A stretch of DNA of 64,000 bases from Nemertoderma westbladi. Lineage: Eukaryota; Animalia; Xenacoelomorpha. Position 1 is the first letter of the stretch. Each line of letters opens with the position of its first letter. Positions 19,814 through 32,575 of this stretch are shown in pieces. Position numbers and translations under genes: made by a program. Location of the stretch: assembly GCA_032718475.1 (NCBI GenBank), contig JAUCBJ010001302.1:1-64000 (forward strand), given 5' to 3'. The notes under the pieces are model-generated. The model did no database searches. It was given only the letters and a program-made list of their open reading frames with translations, and was not told the origin of the DNA.

Positions 19814-19909
19814 GGAGAATGGCTGAACTGGTTAGCGCTACTGACGAGGCCTGATAGTCCGAAACGCACGTATAGAGCTGGTTCAAACCCCAGTGCTTCC
19901 TCAATTTTT
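19814..19909 (+). ncRNA. tRNA-like Pol III unit containing a minimal type I hammerhead ribozyme
   Basis: A box TGGCTGAACTGG (19820-31). Hammerhead core CTGACGA (19841-47), stem II GGCCT-GAT-AGTCC, GAAA (19861-64), short stem III and GTA cleavage triplet (19870-72). Stem I TTAGCGCTA/TAGAGCTGG. B box GGTTCAAACC, acceptor-like GGAGAA..TGCTTCC and a T5 terminator. Confidence 0.8.
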
Positions 19910-20075
19910 CCATTTCAGAACAAAATCATTATTTTATAATATCATTATTTACACTAACAAAAAGATAACACAATGACACAATACATAGGCCTTTATAGTA
20001 GTTCATTTATAAACTAAGATATCCTGTAACAATTTGGTATATTCTCTGCGATTGATTTGATTTTTGTTGGTCCAG

Positions 20076-20186
20076 AAATGGATTCAGTTTTGGTAAAATC
20101 CGGTTCAAACAGAAAACGACATGGATCTGGATATGGTTCTTTCTATGATTACGAAGGAGAGACGGTGATTGACAGTCCTCTTCCGT
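20076..20186 (+). CDS. Candidate N-terminal exon of the SLC30 gene (MDSVLVKSGSNRKRHGSGYGSFYDYEGETVIDSPLP)
   Basis: T-rich tract and CAG acceptor at 20073-75, ATG at 20078, GTAAGT donor at 20187 in phase 1, which matches the phase-1 acceptor of the ZnT exon. Confidence 0.45.
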
Positions 20187-21412
20187 GTAAGTTATCACCT
20201 TCTGACGTAAATTATTATTACTTATATACATATTATCCACTAGGCTCTATAACTGATTATTAAGAAATGCAGCAGGCCTTTATAATGTATATTCTGTCCT
20301 ACAATAAGGTAGGGAAATAGGAATGATACTTATCAGTTAGTGATATAGGGTGATATATATATATATATAGTGTAGTTATGATACGGAATAGGCAATAAAC
20401 ATAAAATTTAGTGATAAAGGTGGATTTTTCAGATAAATGGAATACCGGAGCCCGACGATGTAATACCGGAGCCCGACGATGTTAATACGTTACAGACCTG
20501 TAATTGCTCGTACTACTGCCAGTATATATTCTTCAAACCCTCATTGTGATCATCCAGTTTCTGTATTTGCATACGATTGCTATCCCTCAGACCATTGAGC
20601 TATTCCAATCTAAAATTGTTATAGCCAGAAAATATGTTAAATGATATACTGTTAGTGCGATAGCAATTTTATCCGTTATACATTTTATAATTGTAAATAA
20701 AATGTAATTATAAAATTATTATAACCGCATATTCCATTCCCGAACCCGAACAGACAATAATAGTTTATAATTTATTCGAGCTTTTTGCTGAGGGAGGGTA
20801 AGAAATAGGTACTTTCATGCGAAGAGTTTTGCTGTACAGTACTTTAGTATTTATTAACATAATAAATCAATTAGTTTGTAATTATGTTCGATGCTCAACC
20901 ACACCCACCGTCGTTTTGTTGCCACATATCATATTATTACAAAGTTTCATCTTTGTAGTTTCGACTCAAAAAGCCCCTTAAAGACAAAACGAGAGGTTAT
21001 CTTCTAACCAATTGTTGTTCGCCTCCAAGGCTACAGTACAGGCAACAGTAAAAGTAAAAAGTAAAAAAACAATAATATATACACAAATATAAAGTACGAA
21101 GGTTAAACCCGTCAGATACATAAATTAACAGTTGGAAGAATCAGGAAAGCCATATTGTAATAATCCATATTATTATAATTAGTGATAAGAAACAGGCCGA
21201 TGAACCACATTAAACGAACTGTAATCTAAAACAATCAAAAATAATCTAACAACTTATTTCCAGAACAGTCAGTATTCGAGGCTAGAGGAAGCTAATGCTC
21301 ATTTACAGACCATATGTAAAGCTGAAATGACCGGCTTGTCCCTTTAAAGAAATTAATTCAGAAACGAAAACTTTTTTGGTCCGCCCCGCGGGCCTCTGTA
21401 GCAAGAAATGGC

Positions 21413-22076
21413 AATGGAAAGCAACGGTGATCCAATTCGCCACCCCCCCCCCCCCCCCCCCAAAAAAAAAATTATACTAATCTTAAAGAGATTGCCATTA
21501 AATTTGAAACTGAGGTAGTTTCACCTCCCTCCTCCTTGCAGGATGATGCCAGAATTTTTATTTTCGCTTTCATTCTATAGCTGCAAGCGTTTGAAAAAGG
21601 TGTTTACGGCGAAATTGTGAAATGGCGAAATTTACGGCGAATATGGATTCCAAAAATGTAACATAATCTAAATTTTTCATGCCCCTTTAGAGGCTGGCAC
21701 AGATATAAGCGTTTAAAACGTGCATGGTTTTGCTTATAAGCTAGGCTATTTCATTATATTGAATAAATACAACAAATTCTAGAATATTTTGTTTATCCCA
21801 TACGTAGCTTGGCAACAATGAAATGCCTCTTTACTTTAATCATACTACAGTATTACGTAGCTACTCATGCATTAACAAAATGTTCCAGAATATGTTGTAT
21901 TTATTTAATAGAATAAAATCTAGTTAAAGAATGAAAGCGAAATTAAAAATTCTGGCTCACCCAGCAAGGAGGGGGGAGGTGAAACTATCTCTGTTTCAAA
22001 TTTAATGCAATCTCATTACGATTTGTAAAAACATTTGGTGGGAGGGGGGCGAATTGGCCCACCGTTGCTTTCCATT
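21413..22076. mobile_element. Foldback MITE with long imperfect TIRs
   Basis: AATGGAAAGCAACGGTG..CCAATTCGCC pairs with GGCGAATTGG..CACCGTTGCTTTCCATT, with further internal inverted blocks. Related to 62417-63388. Confidence 0.75.
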
Positions 22077-22339
22077 CGTTTTCCAATCCAGTTATTTTTT
22101 TACCCCATGACCCCTTTTATTATTCTTATGAACCCTTTTTTTCGATATTCAGACTGTACTGAATCATCATCCAGACTGGGATTCACACAGTAAAAGAGTA
22201 GAACATTGAATAAAATAAAATACAAATTAGGCCTACATTACAAAATATATTTGAATTAATTCAACTTTGTGCAACTCCCCTCTGCTCCTAACAACTCTCC
22301 TCCTTAACATGCACACAAGATGGCGATAAGACATTTTTC

Positions 22340-22842
22340 TAACCAAAAATAACCGATCAGGATAACTTTAACCAATTGAGGGAAAGGAACAGGTTACAGA
22401 GGTAGGCATTTCTAAACAAAACAATAAACTATCACTTTACCAATTAAAGTAAAGGAGCAGGTTGCAGAGGCGGGTTTTCCTAACCAAAACCATAAACTAT
22501 CTCTTTACCAATTGAGGGAAATGAGCAGTTTTCATAGGCAGGTTTTTCTAACCAAAACAATAAATGATCACTTTACAGCTTTACCAATTGAGGGAGAGGA
22601 GCAGGTTACAATGGCGGGCTTTTTTTTAACCAAAACAGTAAACGATCACTTTACCAATTGAGGGAAAGGAGCCATGTTACAGAGGCGGGTTTTCCTAACC
22701 AAAACAAAAAACGATCACTTTTTATAAACAAAACAATAAATGATCACTTTACAGCTTTACCAATTGAGGGAGAGGAGCAGGTTACAGAGGCGGGTTTTCC
22801 TAACCAAAACAATAAACGATCACTTTTTCTAAACAAAACAAT
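22340..22842. repeat. Degenerate tandem repeat of roughly 65-80 bp (CCAATTGAGGGAAAGGAGCAGGTTACAGAGGCGGGTTTTCCTAACCAAAACAATAAACGATCACTTTA)
   Basis: About 6-7 diverged copies, with a dispersed single copy near 35709-35762. Confidence 0.85.
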
Positions 22843-23060
22843 GTTGGCATTGTTGATCTTGATGTAGTATGTAGGCAGGCTGTAGGCATGGTATAATATA
22901 ATACAATAGTCATGGTCAATGACAATAGAAATCAAGACAGCTGGTTAATGCTGCACACAGTACAGTACCGTAAACTACTCTATGCTATGGTTCCGCGTCA
23001 TTACCTAAGACTCAGCACGCACAGCATATTTGGTCATAAAAAATACTTTTCTTCAAATTT

Positions 23061-24225
23061 CGGGTAAATCTTTTCGACCAACGCGTAGCTACGCGTAGCT
23101 ACGCGTAGTTCGCAACATTGGGTCATATAGCACCAGTTTCATAGTTTTAACATTAACTACTCGTAGGTGCTACACATAGCTACGCGTAGGTCCTACGCGA
23201 CCTACGCGTAGGTGCTACATATAATACTACGCGTAGGTGCTACCCATAACTATGCCTATACGACGTTTCTCATTAGTAGGCCTACGTATTCCAAGCGGTT
23301 CAGTACTAAAATAAGAATACTGTATGTTCAATAAACAATAACGCACAACCATCAAATGCTTTCAACAGTAATGTAACCTATACCTGTATACTCTATACAG
23401 AGGCATATACGCTAACCCTAGACATGCAGCATCACCAATCTACACTGATCGTAGCTTACGATCTTTATATGTCTTGGTAAGATCTTGGCACCTTTGTTCT
23501 ATGATCTTAGCAGGGTTGGTAAAAACTACATATTCTTCACTTCATGCATTGCGGGCGCTAATGTGTTAATAATGTTTAAAGTTCAAAAATAGTTTACAAA
23601 GGAAATATGCCGATGGTTCTTATCGATACTCTATGCTTTTTATTGCCTTTGTTCACGATAGGGCAAGGATATATTTAATATGTTAACCTCTTGACAAGGG
23701 AAGGGGGAGACTAAATTGTCTACCATGATTGGTTGCACTTGTTATTTGACCAAACAATTGAATTATGCAGTATTTATCAGCTTTCGCTTTAACCACTTCA
23801 CCGGTAGACTGGTAGCTTTACTACTGTAGAATATTTAAATAATCCAATGGAAACAAATATACTTGAATCATGAGACGTGAATTTTAAGTCTACTTTTTAT
23901 TCATCCTGTGTTTGTATGTGAAAGAGCCGATATTATTTATTACCAGTGCTGTATGTCGAGATATGAGCTTCCGACTCTGTTATTCCATTACTCAACCCTA
24001 CCGGACCTGAAATGAAAAATCATTGTTATCAGGACTGCTACGCGTAGCACCTACGCGTAGTTTCAAAATACCTACGCGTACAGTAGTTCCAAAATAACTA
24101 CGCGTAGTTTTAAAACACCTACGCGTAGTTGTCAAAAAGGCAGTAAGTCTGGCCCTACCGGTAAATGACAGGAATGGAAGTTACAAACTACGCGTAGCTA
24201 CGCGTAGGTCGAAATGATTTACCCG
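23061..24225. mobile_element. Non-autonomous TIR element with subterminal CTACGCGTAG palindromes
   Basis: CGGGTAAATC.TTTCGACC.ACGCGTAGCTACGCGTAG at the left end and its reverse complement at the right end. Clustered CTACGCGTAG motifs near both ends. Confidence 0.75.
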
Positions 24226-25260
24226 CATTCCTAACCACAAGTCATAATACAATTTAGTGTCATACTGTAGGCAGGCAGGTAGTAGTAGACCGAAAAGTGA
24301 ATGGCAATAATGCGGAAATTCAGTACCATCACAAGCAACAATAAGGAAGTGTGCAGAGTGCAGTACTGCTTGCAGTAGGCCTACACCAGATAGGCCGTAT
24401 TGCCTGAATGTTGCATAGGTTATCATTATCAGGTTATCTTCCTGTTAAACACCACGCTGGTATATACAGCTATATTTAGCTGTATAGCCTACAGCTAGGC
24501 CTATATATTACAGCCTAATATAATCGATAATAACTGACTGACTGATTAAATAATACCGATATGCTAGTACGTACTACAGTACTATGTAGCCTACTATGCC
24601 TGTATGGTGGTACTACTGTACTATGACAATATGACTACTGGCTGACTGGACACATGGACTACTGGACTATACTGCTATATGTAGCAATACCTGCAATATA
24701 CTGATATAGGTCTATGCTAGGCTTACCGCTAATAAACAAGTGCTATGTCAGTCAGTCAGTATTTCGATGTTTCTGGTTTCATTTGGCGAAGTCTTTAAAA
24801 TCTGAGGAAAATGATTCAGTGAATATAGAATACTACAGATTGCAGGATTGATTCTTATAACAACTGAATAATTATTTAAATGGTTGATTTAAAGTGAGAA
24901 AAGCTAAAACCGAAGCAGGAAATTCCAACGTCAGAACGTCTAAACGTGGAGAATGCGACCCTGCTTATACCCAGATACCGGTTTCAGGACTACAGTACCG
25001 GTACAATTCCGGTGCTAACAGGCTAATGGTATTGCTGTCTAGCTGTCTGTCTGTATTGAACTGTACTCATAAACATCCTACCCGCCTACTGTCAGACTGT
25101 TGCAGTATGCAGTACTGTATACTGGCAGACTGGTATATCAGTATTGATTTCAGTATTTGTTATTATGAACTGAAACAGTGAATTGATTAAACAGTCCTAG
25201 ACAAACTGACACAAACAGATTGCATCTGTCAAAATTTATTTAATTTCTGCAATCTAACCG

Positions 25261-25381
25261 ATGGGGTCTCGGAGCGATTCCGATGACGATTTACTAGTCG
25301 ATATTCGTGGTTCTGGTGAAGATGATATACAACTTTTGGACTCCAGGATGTCTATTAATCTGGTTGACAACCGAAACCAAG
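25261..25381 (+). CDS. Candidate first coding exon of the SLC30 gene (MGSRSDSDDDLLVDIRGSGEDDIQLLDSRMSINLVDNRNQ)
   Basis: ATG-initiated 40 codons plus 1 nt, then a GT donor (G|GTCAGG) in phase 1, compatible with exon 43829. Contains the acidic dileucine motif DDIQLL. Confidence 0.45.
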
Positions 25382-25552
25382 GTCAGGCTGTGTTCGTAAC
25401 CAAAATTTCATTATAACATTTTAATTAAATGTATTGCTGTATGCAGGTATGCTGTGTATTGTATTGATATTCTACTACACGAATCCCCACCTACATTTTT
25501 AAGGGAAATTATTAGTACAGTACTGCGTCAGTAGTCATAGTCAGTACGCAAA

Positions 25553-27430
25553 TACGCATAATTCCAATTGGGGTGTCGTTTCAGCCTATGGAAGTATTTC
25601 CGGGCTTCTAATTGGCTGTTCCTTAAATAAGCTCACCTCATTGGCTAACAATCTCCCATAGCCTGATAGCCAAAAGGTGTGTCGGTTCGGCATAATTAGC
25701 AGAAAGGGTGTCGGTTGGGGAAAGGCAGTTTTGTTACTTTTATATTTTACTTACTCCTTCCGCATTAAACAGGTAAATCACAATTATTTTGTCTATACTC
25801 TTGGTTCCTTAAAGGGGAATACTTGTCATTAGTTTTTGTCGCGTAAGCCTACAAGGTTATTATTATTAAGACACACAAAAATATAAAAAACAATTCGTGA
25901 AAGTAACATAGAATTTAAAAATCAATGTCTGAATCAGATTCTCCATCGTCGATTACCCGAGATAGTAACAAGTAAGAATGAATAACTAGCAATTACAGAA
26001 TTGCAAGTACTGTATTCTGTTACACTGGAGGAGCAGCACTCTTAAACAAGACTTATATACTACTTCCATTTTTACCCGGGCACGGGTTGTTCATGTACAC
26101 CTCCAGTAATATATTACATCTTCCATTATAGTGGAAGTACAGTATTATTCTATCAACTGGATATCGTTGTTTGGTTCTGCTTGGACTTAATTTTAGGACA
26201 CTGCATGTCCACATTTAAAATATCTCTTACGATGGCTCTATCACACTACAGGCGGCACTTTTATATGGAAAACATACAGTGTTATTTTACTTGGTTAACT
26301 TGGCTTACTTAGTGACTTGGTTTTTGGGGTGTTTTGTACAGTAGGTATACTGACCTGCTGACTGGGATATTGGTTTGTTTTTTAGGTTAGGGTTTGTTGG
26401 TCAGACTCAAACCATAATTAAAGCAGTAATTTAACCCTAAGTCATGAGGCTCTAATCTAAGAAATTTTGTGGAATTTCGGACTTTTTGCTGTTGGCCCGA
26501 AGGTCCAATAGTAATGTCTGAAATTCCACAAAATGTCTTACACGCCTATTTCGTTCTTTTGGGTTCTATTGGGTTCTTTTGGGAGTTTAGTAGGACCAGG
26601 GCTGGATTAAGGCGTAGGCTAGCTAGGCTCCTATAGCCTAGGGGCCCCCGACTTTTTGGGGCCCCCCAATTTCAAAACATGTAAAGGAGGTGCAAATTAA
26701 AAATCATAAAGCGTTAAGTAATGTACAATTGAAAGAAACTATGGAAACCATTCTTTGACTTGAAAATCATGAATTTTACCGGTTTACATGTAATTTTACA
26801 GAGGAGTCATCATTAATATTACTAAATTCGGTGCCATTGAACTTCAGATATTGGTTTTTAAACTCTGAGCAGTAGAGCAGTTAATTACTATAGGGGCTGT
26901 TGCTCTGTTACCATTATTGTAGAAATAAATGTTTTTAACAATTTTCAAATTCAAAACATTTCGCTGGTATGGCCCTAGCATTCGAGGGACCGCTAAACCC
27001 CCCACCCACAGTACGACCCCTGCTGCCAAAGGTCGAGGGCCCCTCATTTGACATAGTGGTCCCAAAGGGCTAGGGGAACGCGACAAAAACGAATAATGAC
27101 AACAAGTATTTCCCGCTATTGACCACCCCCCCCCCCCCCCCCCCCCCCATACGCTGTTAGTTTACAAATGATTTGCCTACTATGCACTACGTGGCTCGCG
27201 CAGATGTCATTGTGAATTAATTATATAATTTGTAGATTAGTTATAGTATGTATCGGGGCCTGTGGCAGTATTATTTGTTAATAACAGAAGTGCTTTTCCC
27301 CAACCGACACCCTTTCTGAACCGACACACCTTTTGGCTACGGGAGATTGTTAGCCAATGAGGTGAGCTTATTTAAGGAACAGCCAATTAGAAGCCCAGAA
27401 ATACTTCATAGCTGCATAGGAATATGCGTA
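25553..27430. mobile_element. Non-autonomous DNA element with long (about 150-190 bp) TIRs and nested MITE fragments
   Basis: 25553-25730 is the reverse complement of about 27290-27430. Internal hairpin at 26458-26540 and a CAGGGCTGGATTAAG.. hAT-like end near 26597. Confidence 0.75.
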
Positions 27431-27431
27431 C

Positions 27432-28381
27432 AGTACTAGACTAAGATAAGTACCGTACTAGACTAAGTTCCGTACTTGACTAAGATTAGTACCTTATTAG
27501 ACTAAGATTAGTACCGTACTAGACTAAGATTAGTACCGTACTAGACTAAGATTAGTACCGTACTAGACTAAGATTAGTACCGTACTAGACTAAGATTAGT
27601 ACCGTACTAGACTAAGATTAGTACCGTTCTAGACTAAGATTAGTTCCGTACTAGATTAAGATTAGTACCGGACTAGACTAAGATTAGTACCTTATTACAC
27701 TAAGAATAGTACCGTACTAGACTAAGTTTAGTACCGTTCTAGACTAAGATTAGTACCGTACTAGACTAAGATTAGTTCCATTCTAGACTAAGATAAGTTC
27801 CGTACTAGACTAAGATTAGTTCCGTACTAGACTTAGATAAGTAGCGTACTAGATAAGATAAGTACCGTGCTAGACTAAGATTAGTACCGTACTAGACTAA
27901 GATTAGTACCGTACTAGACTAAGATTAGTACCGTACTAGACTAAGATTAGTACCGTACTAGACTAAGATTAGTACCGTTCTAGACTAAGATTAGTACCGT
28001 ACTAGATTAAGATTAGTACCGTACTAGACTAAGATTAGTACCGTACTAGACTAAGATTAGTACCTTATTAGACTAAGAATAGTACCGTACTATACTAAGA
28101 TTAGTACCGTTCTAGACTAAGATTAGTACCGTACTAGACTAAGATTAGTACCGTTCTAGACTAAGGTTAGTACCTTATTAGACTAAGATTAGTACCGTAC
28201 TGGATTAAGATAAGTACCGTACTAGACTAAGATTAGTACCGTACTAGACTAAGATTAGGACCGTTCTAGACTAAGATTAGTACCGTACTAGACTAAGATT
28301 AGTACCGTACTAGACTAAGATTAGTACCGTACTAGACTAAGATTAGTACCGTACTAGACTAAGATTAGTACCGTACTAGAT
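27432..28381. repeat. 22-bp minisatellite (GTACTAGACTAAGATTAGTACC)
   Basis: About 43 tandem copies. Confidence 0.95.
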
Positions 28382-28699
28382 TTGACGTGGAATTCACAAT
28401 AAGCCCAATAAATCATTTCTTTCGAATATTTTTCAAAGTATAAATTACATATTATTTGAATATTAACAACAAACATTCTGTTAACTTAAATCGAAAAAAT
28501 TTAGAACTCGCAGCTGAGCTAAAATGGCGTGTTAATTTTCGAACTGTTCGGATCGAACAGTATGACCTACAACAACTTATCTCGCTTTAGTAATTCTTTT
28601 CAATGGCAATGAGTGGACTCTGTGCTATATTATTTGACTGTATTGTTGTATGAAAATTATTAGATCGAGACAATAATTAATTGGTTAGTATCAAAGAGC

Positions 28700-28841
28700 T
28701 AGCGAACAGTATAGTAATTCAAATGGGCCTCTTATCGACCCTAGTGGATGAAAGGTTGAACGTGTAACCAAGCGGGGTTCGAACCTACAACTTCAACCAA
28801 TAGATTGCAAGCCCGTCGCTCAACCAACTGAACCACTCCGC
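28700..28841 (-). mobile_element. tRNA-derived SINE (head and part of body)
   Basis: The - strand reads GCGGAG-TGGTTCAGTTGG (A box)...GGTTCGAACCC (B box), then AACCTTTCATCCACTAGGGTCGATAAG, resembling conserved metazoan SINE central domains. Confidence 0.7.
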
Positions 28842-29807
28842 ATTCTAAGAACAGCTTAGTAGTAATAAGCATCGCATTGTCCAAAAAAATTATTAACTCT
28901 ATTTTATATGACGGCCTTTAGTTTAATTGCCGTTAATTGTTTGATTGCACATACATACAGTACCGGTACATGATGTGATCAACAGTACATAAACATCATG
29001 ATCAAACGCCTTAGTCTTAAAGGATAGTAAATTGCTGTGAAACTCATAATAACTCTAGAGGACAATATTCACCTTATAGCTGTACATTTAACGGGGTTAT
29101 TTACAATCACATCATATACAATCATATTGTATGACTCGGGTATATTTTTAAGAGGTCGCTGTTACCGTATACCCTCAGTCGTATTTCTTATTGCACAGAG
29201 CCATCCATATGTTATACACTGACAGGCTACAAGGCTTGCCTTGATACACACCAGGTAATCACCATTAGCCCAAAGATACGCATCGTTAACTTTCTATAAG
29301 TTTACCGGAGTGCTGATTGCTATCGCTGTTGGGTCCCAGTCGATTAACATTATGCCTTTAGTAGAGTAACAAAATTTAATTTACATCATTTGTCCGTATC
29401 CACCTTTAAGATCGAGACTGCATGTAGTTCAAGCTTCAAGCATCAATCAGTTATCCTGAATTTTTTGCTCGGATAAACACCAACTTGAATTAGTTAATTC
29501 TTTTTCCCAATTATCAACCCCAGCATGAGTGAGTGGGCATTCTCTCGTCTCCCCCATTGGCTCAATGGATCGCCTTCCCATTGGTTGTGCCATCTCCTAA
29601 TCCACCTATCAGATCGACTATTTACAAATGTGAAGCAAGTTTTTTCGATGTTTTACCGTTTAAATGCTGGAGGTATTTCTAGATTAATTGAATAGGTTGA
29701 TTTGATACTTTGATGCCAACCATTATTATACTAATTTGTACTGAATCTGTGAGCGAGTGTTAATATGTTTTAATAAGGTAGTTCCGTGCCCAGGTCACCG
29801 GGGTAAT

Positions 29808-29896
29808 CATAATATTGTTGGGGGGAGTTTGATCTTTTACATAACTTTAATTTTGTGTCACCTGTAAAAGATCAAACTCCCCCCAACAATATTATG
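29808..29896. repeat. Perfect 34-bp inverted repeat with 21-bp spacer
   Basis: CATAATATTGTTGGGGGGAGTTTGATCTTTTACA and TGTAAAAGATCAAACTCCCCCCAACAATATTATG. Confidence 0.9.
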
Positions 29897-30765
29897 TTAT
29901 TATGTTTTTGTTTACACGATACTGTTTGTTGCTAACGTTACTCTAACTAGCGTTCTGTTGGTTGATGTCCGTGTAATGCTCGGAATGGCTGAGACGAACG
30001 AATTCTTTTGTTTCCTTTCAAATTGTGGAGTTTATCACTGATAGTTCGAATTGCGTTTTACATATATTCGAACTTAACTTGTCCTGGATCAATCAATATT
30101 AATCCATTTTGATCTAGGTAATTTGATAATTCCTGATCAAAGATAGAAAGATCCGGTTTCTTTCCATACGTAGTATACAACTCTAGTGACAGTGATCTGC
30201 AAAGTGTTAACTGTTGATTAACTTTTCTTGATTAACCTTTAATCTTCGCTTTAAATCATTTCATGCTAGACCTTGGGACAAAGCTCAATTTCCCCTACAC
30301 TGTCAGAGGGTTTGGGTGCAATCTTCGCCCGCGCCCAACCGTCGCCCGGGCGAAGGTTGGACTGGGGCGAAGGTTGTTCGTGGGCAAACGTTGCACCAAC
30401 CGACACTAAGGCACTGTAGGTGCTGCCAGGGAAGTATAAGTCCAATTGATCAGGGGCAAGTCAGAAATATGAGCTAACAGGCCCACCCTGGGTAGTGGTT
30501 AAATTCGTTACGGGAGGGGGGGGGGGGGGGGGGGGGGAGTTTTCATTTCATCATGAATGCTTTACAGGGCAAATCCAATCTCGTCTCGAATTCTCCATGT
30601 TCAATTACAAATTCAGGTAATTGAGCGGAGATTGTGTTTTGGCATGCTATTCTAACCAAAACAATAAACGAAAGTCAATAGAACAGGTTATAGTTATATA
30701 GTTACGAGTAATCGTATTTTTATTTACGATCAATTGCTATATTTGCTGTTAATTTTGATTGACTC

Positions 30766-31075
30766 AAGTGCATGAGTCGTGTGTGTAGTGTAGTGTATGT
30801 GAGTATTACAAGTACATGAGTCGTGTGTGTAGTGTAGTGTATGTGAGTATTACAAGTGCATGAGTCGTGTGTGTAGTGTAGTGTATGTGAGTATTACAAG
30901 TACATGAGTCGTGTGTGTAGTGTAGTGTATGTGAGTATTACAAGTGCATGAGTCGTGTGTGTAGTGTAGTGTATGTGAGTATTACAAGTGCATGAGTCGT
31001 GTGTGTAGTGTAGTGTATGTGAGTATTACAAGAGCATGAGTCGTGTGTGTAGTGTAGTGTATGTGAGTATTACAA
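30766..31075. repeat. 44-bp minisatellite x7
   Basis: CAAGTGCATGAGTCGTGTGTGTAGTGTAGTGTATGTGAGTATTA in tandem. Confidence 0.95.
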
Positions 31076-31726
31076 AACGGTATTGCAAAATTATAAATGG
31101 TTGTTTACAGTATATTATAAATTTATATATACATTCCTTATATATATATATACATTTTAAACAGCATTAATTGAACAAGGATATCATTATCCTGCAATGG
31201 ATGGTTGTATGGGCAGGATTAATGTCTATCGGCTGAGGTGGTACAAGTATTTCGTTAATGATTTTGATGATCCTCCAGGTGACTTTTTATAAAAAATGTT
31301 TTCTTTATAATAAACGCTATTAGTTCCCACTACATTTTAGTTGAACTGTACATGTACTGTACAATATATAAAATACAAAAATCCTATTTGACGATTTTAT
31401 GATACAACAGCAGAAGGCATAATATACTTCAAGTTCACGTTTTTTACCTGTAAGCTCCAGAAATCTTACATGTTCATTGTTCAAAGGCAAGTGTCAGATG
31501 AACTGTTGAGTAAATGGCACAGCACAACCCAACCCTCTTTTTTGGAATTTTCAACAAATGTTAACAACTATATATTAACCAGTATCTTAATTAATTTTAC
31601 CTCAATAGTCAATATTCACAATCAATACTTTTACAAATTTAGATTTTTCCTTGTATGCCAGCCAGCTTCTTTGACTTTGTCTTATTTGTTCTATACGACC
31701 ACTTTGATTAGTAGTTTAGAAATTAT

Positions 31727-32575
31727 TATATGTGGCTGGCCACGAGAAAAGGGACCTTATGTCACCGGAGGTCGATTTTGAGTTATTAGGCCTATGAGAT
31801 GCAGAATTTTCCAGAGATTTTAACAAAAAAAACGGTGTCTCAATATCTATTTCCAAAAAAAAGTTATAGCGATTTATGTGAAGGTGAATCGGGTAGCAAA
31901 AAAATTTTTATTAATAGCGGTTATAATAAGCGATTATTAAAAAAAATGGAAAATATTAATAATATCATAGCAATTCTTACTATATAGTTAGGCAGCTCAA
32001 TGTTATTCGGCTTTTTATACAACTTTTAACACTTTGAAACTATTAATATTGTTCATGAACTATTTTAAAAAAAATTTTGCAAAATTTTCAAAAAAACATG
32101 TAACCAAAAAAAATTTTTTTTTATTTAAAATTTTTTCAAAAAGATAAATTTTTTTAACAAAATTTAAAATTATTTGTATTTTGAATTCTTTATTGGGATT
32201 ACAAAATTTAAGAACTAACGAAGATAAATTAAGAAAATGACAGCCATATTGCATTTAAAAAATAACTGTAGGCCTACAGTACCTACATATTACAGTAGTA
32301 CAATTACAATTTATTACAGTCCTAAATTCAGACATGAAAACCCTAAGACAGTGTTATATACAACACTGCAACATCTTATATTGCTTCCTGTAATTAGTTA
32401 TTTCCTAGGTATATTGAATATCAGAACCAATTTGAATTTCCCTCATCGTTTTATACATTTCTAAATTGATAATCCAATTAAATTTGTTCAAAAATAGAGG
32501 GAAACTTTAAACGCGATTATCTCAGAATCAGGTTTTGCGACATAAGGTCCCTTTTCTCGTGGCCAGCCACATATA
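31727..32575. mobile_element. MITE with perfect TIRs of about 37 bp
   Basis: TATATGTGGCTGGCCACGAGAAAAGGGACCTTATGTC at the left end, exact reverse complement at the right end, AT-rich interior. Confidence 0.88.

Noticed and set aside
28765-28841. Functional tRNA gene
   Set aside because: The acceptor and anticodon stems pair poorly and a SINE-like body follows, so it was called a SINE.
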